Shown one piece after another: positions 46,017-54,867 of a stretch of DNA of 64,000 bases. The stretch's first letter is position 1; each line of letters starts with the position of its first letter. The stretch is taken from positions 160,001 to 224,000 of the forward strand of contig CBDBCF010000002.1 of NCBI GenBank assembly GCA_965202985.1. The letters run 5' to 3'. Made by a program: the position numbers and the translations under genes. The notes below the pieces were generated by a model. It was not told the DNA's origin and made no database searches. It saw only the letters and a list, made by a program, of their open reading frames with translations. Origin of the DNA: Longimicrobiales bacterium (GTDB taxonomy: Bacteria; Gemmatimonadota; Gemmatimonadetes; Longimicrobiales; Gaopeijiaceae).

Positions 46017-46926
46017 AGCCCCCGATCTGATCCGCGCTCGGCTCAGCAGCACCCGTTCCGGTCTCGATCTCGCGGCTGCGGTGCAGATAGGAGCCGACGA
46101 CGCCGTAGCCGCCGTTCACGTTCTGCACGGGATGGACATCGTGCAGGTTGCCTTGGTCGCCCGTCGTGAGAAAGGCGTGGAAGTGACGGTCAACCGCAAG
46201 CACGTCCAGCATGGGAACCGGAGCTGCGCTGTCCACCGCGACCTGGGGCACCTGTCCTTTGAAGCGCGTGCCCTGCACCTCGGCGTACCACGCTCTGCCG
46301 CAGTTCGGGCAGTCGTCGAATCGCCGCCGCACACCCATCAGGTATCGATGCGCGGCCGCGCTCTCGGACCACGTTGCGGCCAGCGAATGCGAGCCGTCGC
46401 TACTAGAGATCGCTGCGCGCTCGATCTCGAAGTCGCCGACGACACGGGTCTCGCCGAAGGCTCGAACCCGCCCGTCCGCGGCGGCTTCTACGCGGTACGT
46501 CGCTCCCGGTTCCAGCACGGCCTCGGGCCGCAGGCAGTACCATGCCCGCCGCACTCCGGTCGCATAGACGATCCGAGGCCCCAGCGAGCCCGGCCACTCG
46601 TAGTCGCGATCACGACGGATGCAGCTGTCGCCGGCGAATCTCGTGCCCGCGGCGGCGGCCCGGGCGCTGTCCCACTCCACGACGAGAGTCCACCCTCCCG
46701 ATCCCGGGTCGCGCCGGTGAATCCGGACGCTCACGTTTGCGAGCGCATGGGTGGTGAATCCGTCCACGGGCGCGACGTCCACTACGTGCCCGATGGAGTC
46801 GGCGTTCAGGACTGCGTAGAGCACCAGCTGGTCGCTGAGTCCCGTGGGTTGCAGCGGAAGTTCCTCGCAGGCACCGAGAACCAAGGCCAGAAGGCCAAGG
46901 CCGGCAAGGCGGTTGTTGGTGGTCAT
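45982..46926 (-). CDS. Lipoprotein, DUF4249-like TonB-receptor partner
   Basis: Lipobox LGAC-EE, LVLYAVLN, PGATYRVEA, C-terminal QNVNGGYGVVGS. Lies downstream of a TonB-dependent receptor. Confidence 0.7.
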   Translation of the reverse strand: MTTNNRLAGLGLLALVLGACEELPLQPTGLSDQLVLYAVLNADSIGHVVDVAPVDGFTTHALANVSVRIHRRDPGSGGWTLVVEWDSARAAAAGTRFAGDSCIRRDRDYEWPGSLGPRIVYATGVRRAWYCLRPEAVLEPGATYRVEAAADGRVRAFGETRVVGDFEIERAAISSSDGSHSLAATWSESAAAHRYLMGVRRRFDDCPNCGRAWYAEVQGTRFKGQVPQVAVDSAAPVPMLDVLAVDRHFHAFLTTGDQGNLHDVHPVQNVNGGYGVVGSYLHRSREIETGTGAAEPSADQIGGFNRRAGGPSGS

Positions 46927-46954
46927 CTTCGCGGGCCTCCTTGTATTCGTTCAG

Positions 46955-49267
46955 TCAGAACTTGAAGTCGATGCCGATCGTCGGGAGGAACGGCAGCTGT
47001 TGCTCGTGCTCGAAGACGTACGGACCGTTCGCGTCGTCCAGAGCGTGTCCGAAGCCGGCGAACTGGTAGAACAGGACGTTGGTGCGCCCTGTAACGTTGA
47101 CGACGGAAAGATAGGGCGCGATCTCCCACGCGCCCCACCGAAAGGCGTAGTTCGCCGCCACGTCGAAGCGGGCATAGGTGGGAAGGCGACCCTGCAAGTC
47201 CGACCAAACGGTGAAGAAATCCCCGGTGGTCAGCAGGGCTCCCTCTTTGCTTGTGCTCCCGCCGCGACGCTGATGCGGATCGAAGCGCTGGTTGGTGTAG
47301 TCTCCGGCCGGGTACCAAAACGGGCCACCGGTTCCAACGGTCGCCCGAAGGGAGACGCCGAACCCGCCGGGCAAATCGGCTACCACAAGGCCTTCGACTT
47401 CGTGGCGCCGGTCCCAGTGTGGACGGTACTCTTCGCCTTCGGCGCGGGCGAGGGCCACGCTTGCCCACTGGTACGACAGCCATCCCCGTACGGGACCCGC
47501 GTGCTTCTGCACCATCAAGTCCACGCCGTAAGCGTTGCCGTCGTGAAACTCCATCGTCCTGGGGTCGCGGGCGACCCCGGCTCGCCAATGCGGCAGACCT
47601 CTGAACCGACGGATCCATCCGGCTATGGAGGCTGTCCAGTCTTGTCCCCGCCATGCGTCCAGCGCCAAGCTCGCGCCGTCGGCTACGGAGACGGGCTGGT
47701 CCTCGGCGTGAACAAACCATGTCGGCGCGCCCGGTTCGCGGGCGTAGGCGTCCCGAAGCACCGACAAGAACTGGTACGTGCGATCCACGCTGGCACTGAT
47801 GGCGAACAACGGGGTGCGCAAACGAACCGAGAACCGCGGCTCGAAGAAGCTGCGCTTCGACCTTCTCTCCAGGCCCGCGCGGATCCCCGGAGCGAATCGC
47901 ACCGGTCCCAGCCACGCTTCCATCTCCGCGAACGCGGACGCGTGAAGGTAGGAGCGAGAAAGATTGCCAGTGAAGGCGGCTCCCTCCCCAAAGCTTTGCA
48001 GGCGCACAGGACCGCCTTCGACGGCAATTCCTGCTCGTCCGCCAGTCCGCTCGCCCCGCAATGTGACCCCTGCTCGCAGTCCCGCCACCGCAATGCGGTT
48101 GGTGGTCGAAGGGTCGGTGGGCGTGCCTCCGAACGCCTGTCTTGCCCGGTAGCGGCTGTAGTATGCGGTCACGTTGCTGGTCGTGCGGTTGTCGCGCACC
48201 CACGACCACGACGCCGAAGAGGTGAGGTTAGCCCACTTTGCACTGAAGGATTCGTGTCCTACGCCACCAGACTGAAAGTCCCACGCGTAGTAGTCGTCGG
48301 ACGCGAAGATCGACCAGCGCAGTCGGTGCTCTTCGGCAGGATATGCCTCGATGCCGAGGTTTAGGTCGTGGAAGGAGTACGGGACGTTGATGCGCGCGAG
48401 GTCGACGAACGCCTTGCGTCCGGCCGCAAGCCATCGAACGCCGGCCCAGGGGAGCGTCCCGTCGGCGGCGAGCCGTCCGCCGAGCAGGCTGAGCCCGCCG
48501 GACAGGTTGACTCCGCCCGGACCGCCGGCGCGCTGATGCGCGGACACCACGCCGGAGAGGGTGCCGCCGTGCCGGGCGGGGATCGCTCCCCGGTAGAATT
48601 CGGTGGACTCGACGACGTCGGCGTTGAAGGAGCCGAAGTAGCCATACATGTGGTACGGCGCGAAGACCGGAGCGCCGTCCAGGAGCACCGCCACTTGGTC
48701 GCTGCCGCCGCCCCTCACGAAAAGTTCGCCCGTGTAGTCGTTCACGCTGGTAACGCCGGCCAAAGCCTGGAGGCTGCGGAAAACGTCGGGCTCGGCCAAG
48801 GCCGGCACGGCCTTGATCTCGGCCTGCGTGACGCCGACTGCGCCGACCGCGACCTCGCGGTCGAAGATGAGCCGGTGAAGCTGCCGGGACGTAATCTGAC
48901 GATCGACCTGGACGGTCAGCGCGGGCAAGGAGATCGCTGTGCGTTCCAGTTGGAGCTCGGCGATGGAGCCCGCGGGAGGCACCGCAACGATCGTGTCCAG
49001 GTCGGCGTACCCGAGTCGCCTGGCCACTATCCGAACCCGGCTGCTCGTGCCTTCGCCGGTCGCCAGCCCCTCGCGGTTGGTGAGCCGGGTCGTCGAGTAC
49101 TCCGGAAAAGCGACCAGCACGTCGCTCAACGGTTCGCCTGAAGTGCGGTCCACGGTGCGAACCGCCCAGGCCCCCGATGTGGGGACCTGGGCATAACTCG
49201 CCGCCGGCAGGAAGGCCAAACACGTCGCTGTGCTCGCCAATCCGAAAAACGCCGCGAGATGGTTCAT
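46955..49267 (-). CDS. TonB-dependent outer-membrane receptor
   Basis: Signal peptide, carboxypeptidase-regulatory-like N-domain, plug (EPDVFRSLQALAGV...VRGGGSDQ...LDG), beta-barrel ending in IGIDFKF. Confidence 0.88.
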   Translation of the reverse strand: MNHLAAFFGLASTATCLAFLPAASYAQVPTSGAWAVRTVDRTSGEPLSDVLVAFPEYSTTRLTNREGLATGEGTSSRVRIVARRLGYADLDTIVAVPPAGSIAELQLERTAISLPALTVQVDRQITSRQLHRLIFDREVAVGAVGVTQAEIKAVPALAEPDVFRSLQALAGVTSVNDYTGELFVRGGGSDQVAVLLDGAPVFAPYHMYGYFGSFNADVVESTEFYRGAIPARHGGTLSGVVSAHQRAGGPGGVNLSGGLSLLGGRLAADGTLPWAGVRWLAAGRKAFVDLARINVPYSFHDLNLGIEAYPAEEHRLRWSIFASDDYYAWDFQSGGVGHESFSAKWANLTSSASWSWVRDNRTTSNVTAYYSRYRARQAFGGTPTDPSTTNRIAVAGLRAGVTLRGERTGGRAGIAVEGGPVRLQSFGEGAAFTGNLSRSYLHASAFAEMEAWLGPVRFAPGIRAGLERRSKRSFFEPRFSVRLRTPLFAISASVDRTYQFLSVLRDAYAREPGAPTWFVHAEDQPVSVADGASLALDAWRGQDWTASIAGWIRRFRGLPHWRAGVARDPRTMEFHDGNAYGVDLMVQKHAGPVRGWLSYQWASVALARAEGEEYRPHWDRRHEVEGLVVADLPGGFGVSLRATVGTGGPFWYPAGDYTNQRFDPHQRRGGSTSKEGALLTTGDFFTVWSDLQGRLPTYARFDVAANYAFRWGAWEIAPYLSVVNVTGRTNVLFYQFAGFGHALDDANGPYVFEHEQQLPFLPTIGIDFKF

Positions 49268-49281
49268 TGTTCGCTCCTTGC

Positions 49282-50426
49282 CTACCACGTGAGTGCGACT
49301 TCGGAGCGAACGCGCAGGTTAACCGACAGGGCGTACGTTCTGGGCCCGTTCTCGAACGTCACGACGGCCGAGCCGAGGTCGTCGTCCCAGATTGGGTCGA
49401 GTTCGACGGCCGAGACCTCGAAGTTGGCTCCTCCCGGCTTGGGCGAAACAGGGAGCATTTCACGTGCGGGATCGATCGTAACCCACCGTCCGTCTCTGAC
49501 GCCCCCGTAACTTGCGGTCCCGGTTACGAGTGTTCCGTGGGAGTTGGTATATCCCACGCTGATTCTAACTTCCTCACGTCCCCATTCCGTGTTGTAGAGC
49601 GACTTAAAGCCAATCAGGTCCGTAGGCGAGTAGGTCACCAAGGGGTCATAGTGAGGGTGTCCCGCCACATTGCCTTCACGAGCTAACCCGATAGAAGCCA
49701 GCAGGTAGTTTCGGGCCGTGTCCAAGTCTTCCACCGACTCGAATCGCCCGTAGTCCAGCGTCAAGGGTTCGGCGTCACCCACCTTGTACGTCCACACCAC
49801 GGCCGTCTCGCCGTCATCAGGGTCCTGGATGACGGCTCCGGGCACGTCGGCTTGGTGGCCGATTCGAGTTCCCCAGTTCTCTCTGGGAGCCACGTAGAAG
49901 AATGCGCCGTACCGCTGGATATGGCGCATCTCGGTTGCCTCCGCTCGGCGTCCGCCGGGCTCGTGGACCGCGAAGTCGAGTACGTCCGGGTCCCACGAGC
50001 CTGCGACTCCGATGTCGGGACTGCCTCTCCACGTCAGCCGGTGTTCGCGAAGTGGTACCGAGATCACCAGCTGGGCCACCTCGTCGAGTCGAGCGACCCG
50101 AGCCAGGAACGCGGCTTCGTCGGTGTTCAGGGCAGCGGCACTGCCCGCCAGCAAGTCCCGGCCTTCGGGGCTGCCGAGGTACTCGCCGAGGATCAGCTGG
50201 TGCTCGACTTCGGTGGAGGCCCTCATGGCGGCGAGGATCTGCCGCCGGGCGTCGGGGGACGCCAGCCCGCGAGCCAGGGCGCCGGCCACCTGGGCGAGCG
50301 TGGGTTCGGCGTTCAACGCGCGTGAGCGAAGGACTCGTCGCCGGGTGTCGCGACGGGACGAGTCGCGTCGGCGCAGGCCGTCGTGAAGACGGCGAGCGCG
50401 ATCAGGAACAGCTTGCTGCTTCTCAT
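49282..50426 (-). pseudogene. Secreted lipoprotein split by a frameshift after codon ~36
   Basis: The signal/lipobox ORF MRSSKLFLIALAVFTTAC... (50426-50313) ends at CAC GCG CGT TGA. Removing one CG from CACGCGCGTTG joins it to the 344-aa ORF LNAEPTLAQVA (50316-49282). Confidence 0.7.
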
Positions 50427-50682
50427 GGAACGACTCCTGGATGGTGCGCCGTCCAGGAACAGGCTGGATGCCCGTTCCCAGAGAGGCGCCTGTACCCTGG
50501 ATACTCCAGGTTCCCGAAAAAGTTCCATTTGCCGTCCGCTAGCCGTGCTGACCGCACCACGGACGAAGCCGCCGCCAGAGATGGCGACCCGAGGTCGAGC
50601 TACTGGGCTCGGGCCCCGGCGACCTGCTTGAAGGACGGCCCTGCCATGACGCCCCGGCAGGCCCGGACCACGCCCGCCGCTC

Positions 50683-52194
50683 CTACTCCTCCGCCACCGG
50701 CGCGACCGCCTTCAGCACCTCCCGCGTCAGGTCCCAGCGGTTGAAGCCCTGGCGGCCGTAGTCCAGCCCGCGCCGGACGATCACCAAGTCGTGCGTGGGG
50801 ACGACGACCACGTACTGGCCCCGGTTCCCGGCGGTCGAGTAGGCGGTGGCCGGCACGTCGGTGCGGTCGTCGGGGACCAGCCACCACTGGCCGCCGTAGA
50901 AGGCGCCGCGCTCGGCGGTGGACGGGGCGGGCGTGCGCGCGAAGTCGATCCACGCCTCCGACAGGATGCGCTCGCCGTTCCACACGCCGCCGTTCAGGTA
51001 GAGCAGGCCGAAGCGGGCCAAGTCCCGCGCGTTCGTGTACACCTGGCTGCTCAAGATGAAATCGCCGAAGCGGTCCACGCTCAGGTACGTGTTCCGCATC
51101 CCGATCCGGTCCAGCAGGGCGGTGCGGGGGAAGGTCAGGTAGTCGCCCCCCAGCGCCAGCTTCATGGCGTAGACGCCCAGCAGCGTGTCGTAGTTCTCGT
51201 AGTCCCAGTTGGCGCCCGGCTCCCGCACGAGCGCCCGACGGCGAGCCCCAAGCACGGAGCTCGCGCCTGCCCAGTACGACATCCCGGAACCGACGGCGTA
51301 CTCCATCCCCCGATTGTCGACCGGGTATAGGCCGCTGGACATGTTGAGGACGTGACGCAAGGTGATCCGGGCGCGCGGGTCCGTCTCGGCGGCGTCGGCT
51401 TCGGGCAGCCAGTCGAAGCCCAGCGGGGCGTCCAGCTCCAGTCGCTCTTGGTCCGCCAGGATGCCGATCAGCGTCACGGCGATGCTCTTGGCGGTGGACC
51501 AGGTGCGGGTGCGGGTAGCCATCTCCACGCCGGGGGCGTACCGCTCGTGAACGATCCGCCCCCCGTGGACCACGAGGAGGCTCAGCGTGACCTGCTCCGG
51601 GGACTCGCGCTCGAAGGCCCACGTTGAAGCCGCGTCGAGGGCGGCGGCGTCCACGCCCTCGGGCAGCGCGGCCTCCGCCACCATGTCGCCGTCCGGCCAC
51701 GGGATGTCGGCGGGGTCGCCCGGGGGCGGCGCCATGTCGAGAACGGGCAGGCTCTCGATGTCGGCAAAGGTCTGGTCGGGCGCCATGATCACGCAGCCCA
51801 GCCCCTCTCGGAACGCCGCCCGCATCGTCGGGACGTACCCCGGCGCGCCGATCGCCACGGCCCGGCGCTCCCAGTCCACCTCGTAGTCGCCGCCCTCCGC
51901 GGTCCCGACCGCCGTGCCCACCCGGCCCTGGATGTACGCGATCTCCTGGTCGAAGACCTGCTCCAGCGTCCGGTTCGACGTGAACAGCCCGTTGCAGAGG
52001 AAGATCGCCTGCATTCCTCGAGCGATCATCTCCCGGTTGAACCGCCAGTAGTCGTAGGACCCTTGGGCCTGGGACGCGACGGCTTCGGCGGTCGCGGCGC
52101 CGTCGGCGGCAGCGGGGGCGGGGTCTTCGGCGTCGGCGACGCAGGCGGCGTGCGCGAGAAGGGCAAGGAGGGCGGTGGAGGCGGGACGCTTCAT
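50683..52194 (-). CDS. Serine hydrolase, beta-lactamase (class C-like) family
   Basis: Signal peptide, SxxK (WSTAKS), ITLRHVLNMSSG, YEN (YxN), ARDLARFGLLYL. Confidence 0.88.
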   Translation of the reverse strand: MKRPASTALLALLAHAACVADAEDPAPAAADGAATAEAVASQAQGSYDYWRFNREMIARGMQAIFLCNGLFTSNRTLEQVFDQEIAYIQGRVGTAVGTAEGGDYEVDWERRAVAIGAPGYVPTMRAAFREGLGCVIMAPDQTFADIESLPVLDMAPPPGDPADIPWPDGDMVAEAALPEGVDAAALDAASTWAFERESPEQVTLSLLVVHGGRIVHERYAPGVEMATRTRTWSTAKSIAVTLIGILADQERLELDAPLGFDWLPEADAAETDPRARITLRHVLNMSSGLYPVDNRGMEYAVGSGMSYWAGASSVLGARRRALVREPGANWDYENYDTLLGVYAMKLALGGDYLTFPRTALLDRIGMRNTYLSVDRFGDFILSSQVYTNARDLARFGLLYLNGGVWNGERILSEAWIDFARTPAPSTAERGAFYGGQWWLVPDDRTDVPATAYSTAGNRGQYVVVVPTHDLVIVRRGLDYGRQGFNRWDLTREVLKAVAPVAEE

Positions 52195-52458
52195 GGACGC
52201 GGGTTCTCCCGGAGAGTGGAATTGGGTACCGGAAGGGCATTCTACGGCGCGCCAACTTGGCCAACAAGAGGCCGCACGTCGGGTCGAACCGGATCGCCGC
52301 GCGCGGGCCGATTCCACTTCCCGTCCCCTGCCCCCGGGGCTATCTTCCAGGGCGAAAACCCACGACGACCCGGCCCGAACCGCGTGGAGCCCGGCGGTCT
52401 CTGCGGCCGCTCCGAAGGGCCGTCCGGAAACCATCGGAAGAAGGAAGCGAGGGAGGCG

Positions 52459-52962
52459 ATGAACACGAGGAAGATGGCGGCAGCCGGCTTGCTGGCGGCA
52501 GGGGTTGCGGTGGTGCTGGTTGCCGCGAGCATGTCCCGCGGCGACGGGGTGGGCGACGGCTTGGAGGTTGCTCGGGCGACGGGCGACGGCCCTGCGGTCC
52601 ACGTCTATAAAACGGCCACGTGCGGGTGCTGCGCCAAGTGGGTCGACCACCTGCGGGAGGCCGGCTTCGCGGTGACGGTGGAGGACACGAGGGATCTGAT
52701 GGCCGTGAAGCGCCGCGAGGGAATCCCGACGGACCTGAGCTCGTGCCACACGGCGCTGGTGAACGGCTACGTCGTGGAGGGCCACGTGCCGGCCTCGGTG
52801 GTCCAGGCGTTCCTTGAAGAGCCGGGAGACGCTCGCGGCTTGGCCGTGCCCGGAATGCCGATAGGGTCGCCGGGGATGGAGGGACGGCACGCCGAAGCCT
52901 ACGACGTGTTCGCCTTCGACGCGGACGGGGGCCGGGAGGTGTTCCGCCGCATCGAGCCGTAG
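52459..52962 (+). CDS. DUF411 family metal-binding protein
   Basis: VYKTATCGCCAKWVDHL, SCHTA, EGHVPA, GLAVPGMPIGSPGME. Confidence 0.92.
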   Translation: MNTRKMAAAGLLAAGVAVVLVAASMSRGDGVGDGLEVARATGDGPAVHVYKTATCGCCAKWVDHLREAGFAVTVEDTRDLMAVKRREGIPTDLSSCHTALVNGYVVEGHVPASVVQAFLEEPGDARGLAVPGMPIGSPGMEGRHAEAYDVFAFDADGGREVFRRIEP

Positions 52963-53128
52963 CCGGCTGTTTCGGAGGCGTCCCCGCGACCATAGAATAG
53001 GGACCCGCGCCCGGCAGAGAGGCGACAGCGTCGCCGGCCTTCCCCACAACCCTTCCATCCTCCGCCACCGCCGGCGGAGCCCGAACCGGCCCCGGCCCGC
53101 GCCAGGGCAGGACGCTTCCAGGAGCCCG

Positions 53129-54433
53129 ATGTCCGAGACCGACAACCGCAAGAACACCCTGACCGTCACCGACAACCGCACGGGGCGACGGTACGAGATC
53201 GACGTCCTCGACGGCGACGTGGTGCGCGCCATGGACCTGCGCCAGATCAAGGTCCGCGACGGCGATTTCGGAATGATGGCCTACGACCCCGGCTTCATGA
53301 ACACGGCGTTCACGACCAGCCGGATCACGGACGTCAAGGGGGGGCAGGGGATCCTGGAGTACCGGGGCTACCCCATCGAGCAGCTGGCGGAGCGGTCGAC
53401 CCACTTGGAGGTGGCCTACCTGATCCTCAAGGGGGAACTCCCGACGCCCGAGCAGCTGGACGGCTTCGTCCACGACGTCACCTACCACACCTACGTCCAC
53501 GAAAACGTCCTCACGATTCTCAAGGGGTTCCGCTACGACGCCCACGCCATGGGGATGATGATCTCCACCGTGGCGGCCCTCTCCACCTTCTACCCCGAGG
53601 CCAAGGAGGTTGAGGACCCCGAGAACCGCTGGGTGCAGATCAACCGGCTGATCGCCAAGCTGCCGACTCTGGCGGCCTTCGCCTACCGTCACCACCGGGG
53701 TCTGCCTTACGTCTACCCGGAGAACGAGTTCTCCTACACGGCCAACTTCCTCAACATGCTCTTCCGGATCGGGGGCAGGGAGTACCAGCCGAACCCGGTG
53801 CTGGAGCGGGCGCTGGACATCCTCTTCATCCTCCACGCCGACCACGAGCAGAACTGCTCCACCACGGCGATGCGCGTGATCGGAAGCTCCCGGGTCGATC
53901 CGTACTCGGCGATGGCCGGCGCCATGGCCGCCCTGTACGGGCCGCTGCACGGGGGGGCCAACGAGGCGGTGCTGCGGATGCTCGACGAGATCGGGACGAC
54001 CGACAACATCCCGGCCTTCATGGACAGCGTGCGGCGTGGGGAGCGGCGGCTGATGGGCTTCGGCCACCGCGTGTACAAGGCGTACGACCCCAGGGCGGCG
54101 ATCATCAAGCGCACGGCGGACGACGTGTTCGCCGTCACGGGGCGCAACCCGCTGCTGGACATCGCGCTCGAGCTGGAAAAGATCGCGCTCGGGGAAGAGT
54201 ACTTCGTGAAGCGCAACCTGTACCCCAACGTGGACTTCTACTCCGGGCTGATCTACCAGGCCATGGGCTTCCCCGTGGAGCTGTTCCCCGTGCTCTTCGC
54301 CATACCGAGGGCCGTCGGTTGGCTTGCCCAGTGGGAAGAGATGATCCGCGACCCCGAGCAGAAGATCGCCCGCCCGCGCCAAGTGTTCCGGGGACGCGAG
54401 CGTCGCGACTTCGTGCCGCCGGAGGCGCGCTAG
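53129..54433 (+). CDS. gltA: Citrate synthase (type II)
   Basis: YDPGFMNTA, LHADHEQNCST, GPLHGGANE, LMGFGHRVYK, YPNVDFYSG. Confidence 0.97.
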   Translation: MSETDNRKNTLTVTDNRTGRRYEIDVLDGDVVRAMDLRQIKVRDGDFGMMAYDPGFMNTAFTTSRITDVKGGQGILEYRGYPIEQLAERSTHLEVAYLILKGELPTPEQLDGFVHDVTYHTYVHENVLTILKGFRYDAHAMGMMISTVAALSTFYPEAKEVEDPENRWVQINRLIAKLPTLAAFAYRHHRGLPYVYPENEFSYTANFLNMLFRIGGREYQPNPVLERALDILFILHADHEQNCSTTAMRVIGSSRVDPYSAMAGAMAALYGPLHGGANEAVLRMLDEIGTTDNIPAFMDSVRRGERRLMGFGHRVYKAYDPRAAIIKRTADDVFAVTGRNPLLDIALELEKIALGEEYFVKRNLYPNVDFYSGLIYQAMGFPVELFPVLFAIPRAVGWLAQWEEMIRDPEQKIARPRQVFRGRERRDFVPPEAR

Positions 54434-54441
54434 CCCGCGCA

Positions 54442-54855
54442 ATGTTCGCACGGGCCGCAATCCGCGGGCGTCGCCCGGACGCCGTCGCCGTCGGCATTGC
54501 GCTTGCGTGCGCCCTGGCGGCGTTCGCGGGCGGGTGCGCCGGGGGCCGCGCCGACGCCGGGGCCAACCCGCTGGGCGGAGGCGTCCAAGACGACGAGATC
54601 GAGATCCTCGTGCGCAACGACAACTTCAACCAAGTCACCGTCTACACCGCGCGGGGCAGGGCCTTCCGCCGGCTGGGCGTCGTTGCGGGCAAGGGCGAGG
54701 CCACGTTCTCCACCAAGTGGTACCTGCCCGACATCCAGCTGCGCGTGAAGTTCCTGGCCGGCCCCGACTTCTACACCGAGGTTCTCCCGGTCAGTCCGGG
54801 CGAACTCCTGGAGCTGATCATCCCCGCGCGACAGTCGCAAGCCCCGGGCGAGTAG
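54442..54855 (+). CDS. Hypothetical lipoprotein
   Basis: Hydrophobic stretch ending AGGC, followed by a small beta-rich domain (IEILVRNDNFNQVTVY). Confidence 0.65.
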   Translation: MFARAAIRGRRPDAVAVGIALACALAAFAGGCAGGRADAGANPLGGGVQDDEIEILVRNDNFNQVTVYTARGRAFRRLGVVAGKGEATFSTKWYLPDIQLRVKFLAGPDFYTEVLPVSPGELLELIIPARQSQAPGE

Positions 54856-54867
54856 GGCGGACGAGCC

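Noticed and set aside
45040..50680. attL/attR duplication of the tRNA-Leu 3' end, or a prophage/ICE
   Set aside because: By eye I found no second copy of the tRNA 3' end, and no integrase, transposase or phage gene in the window.
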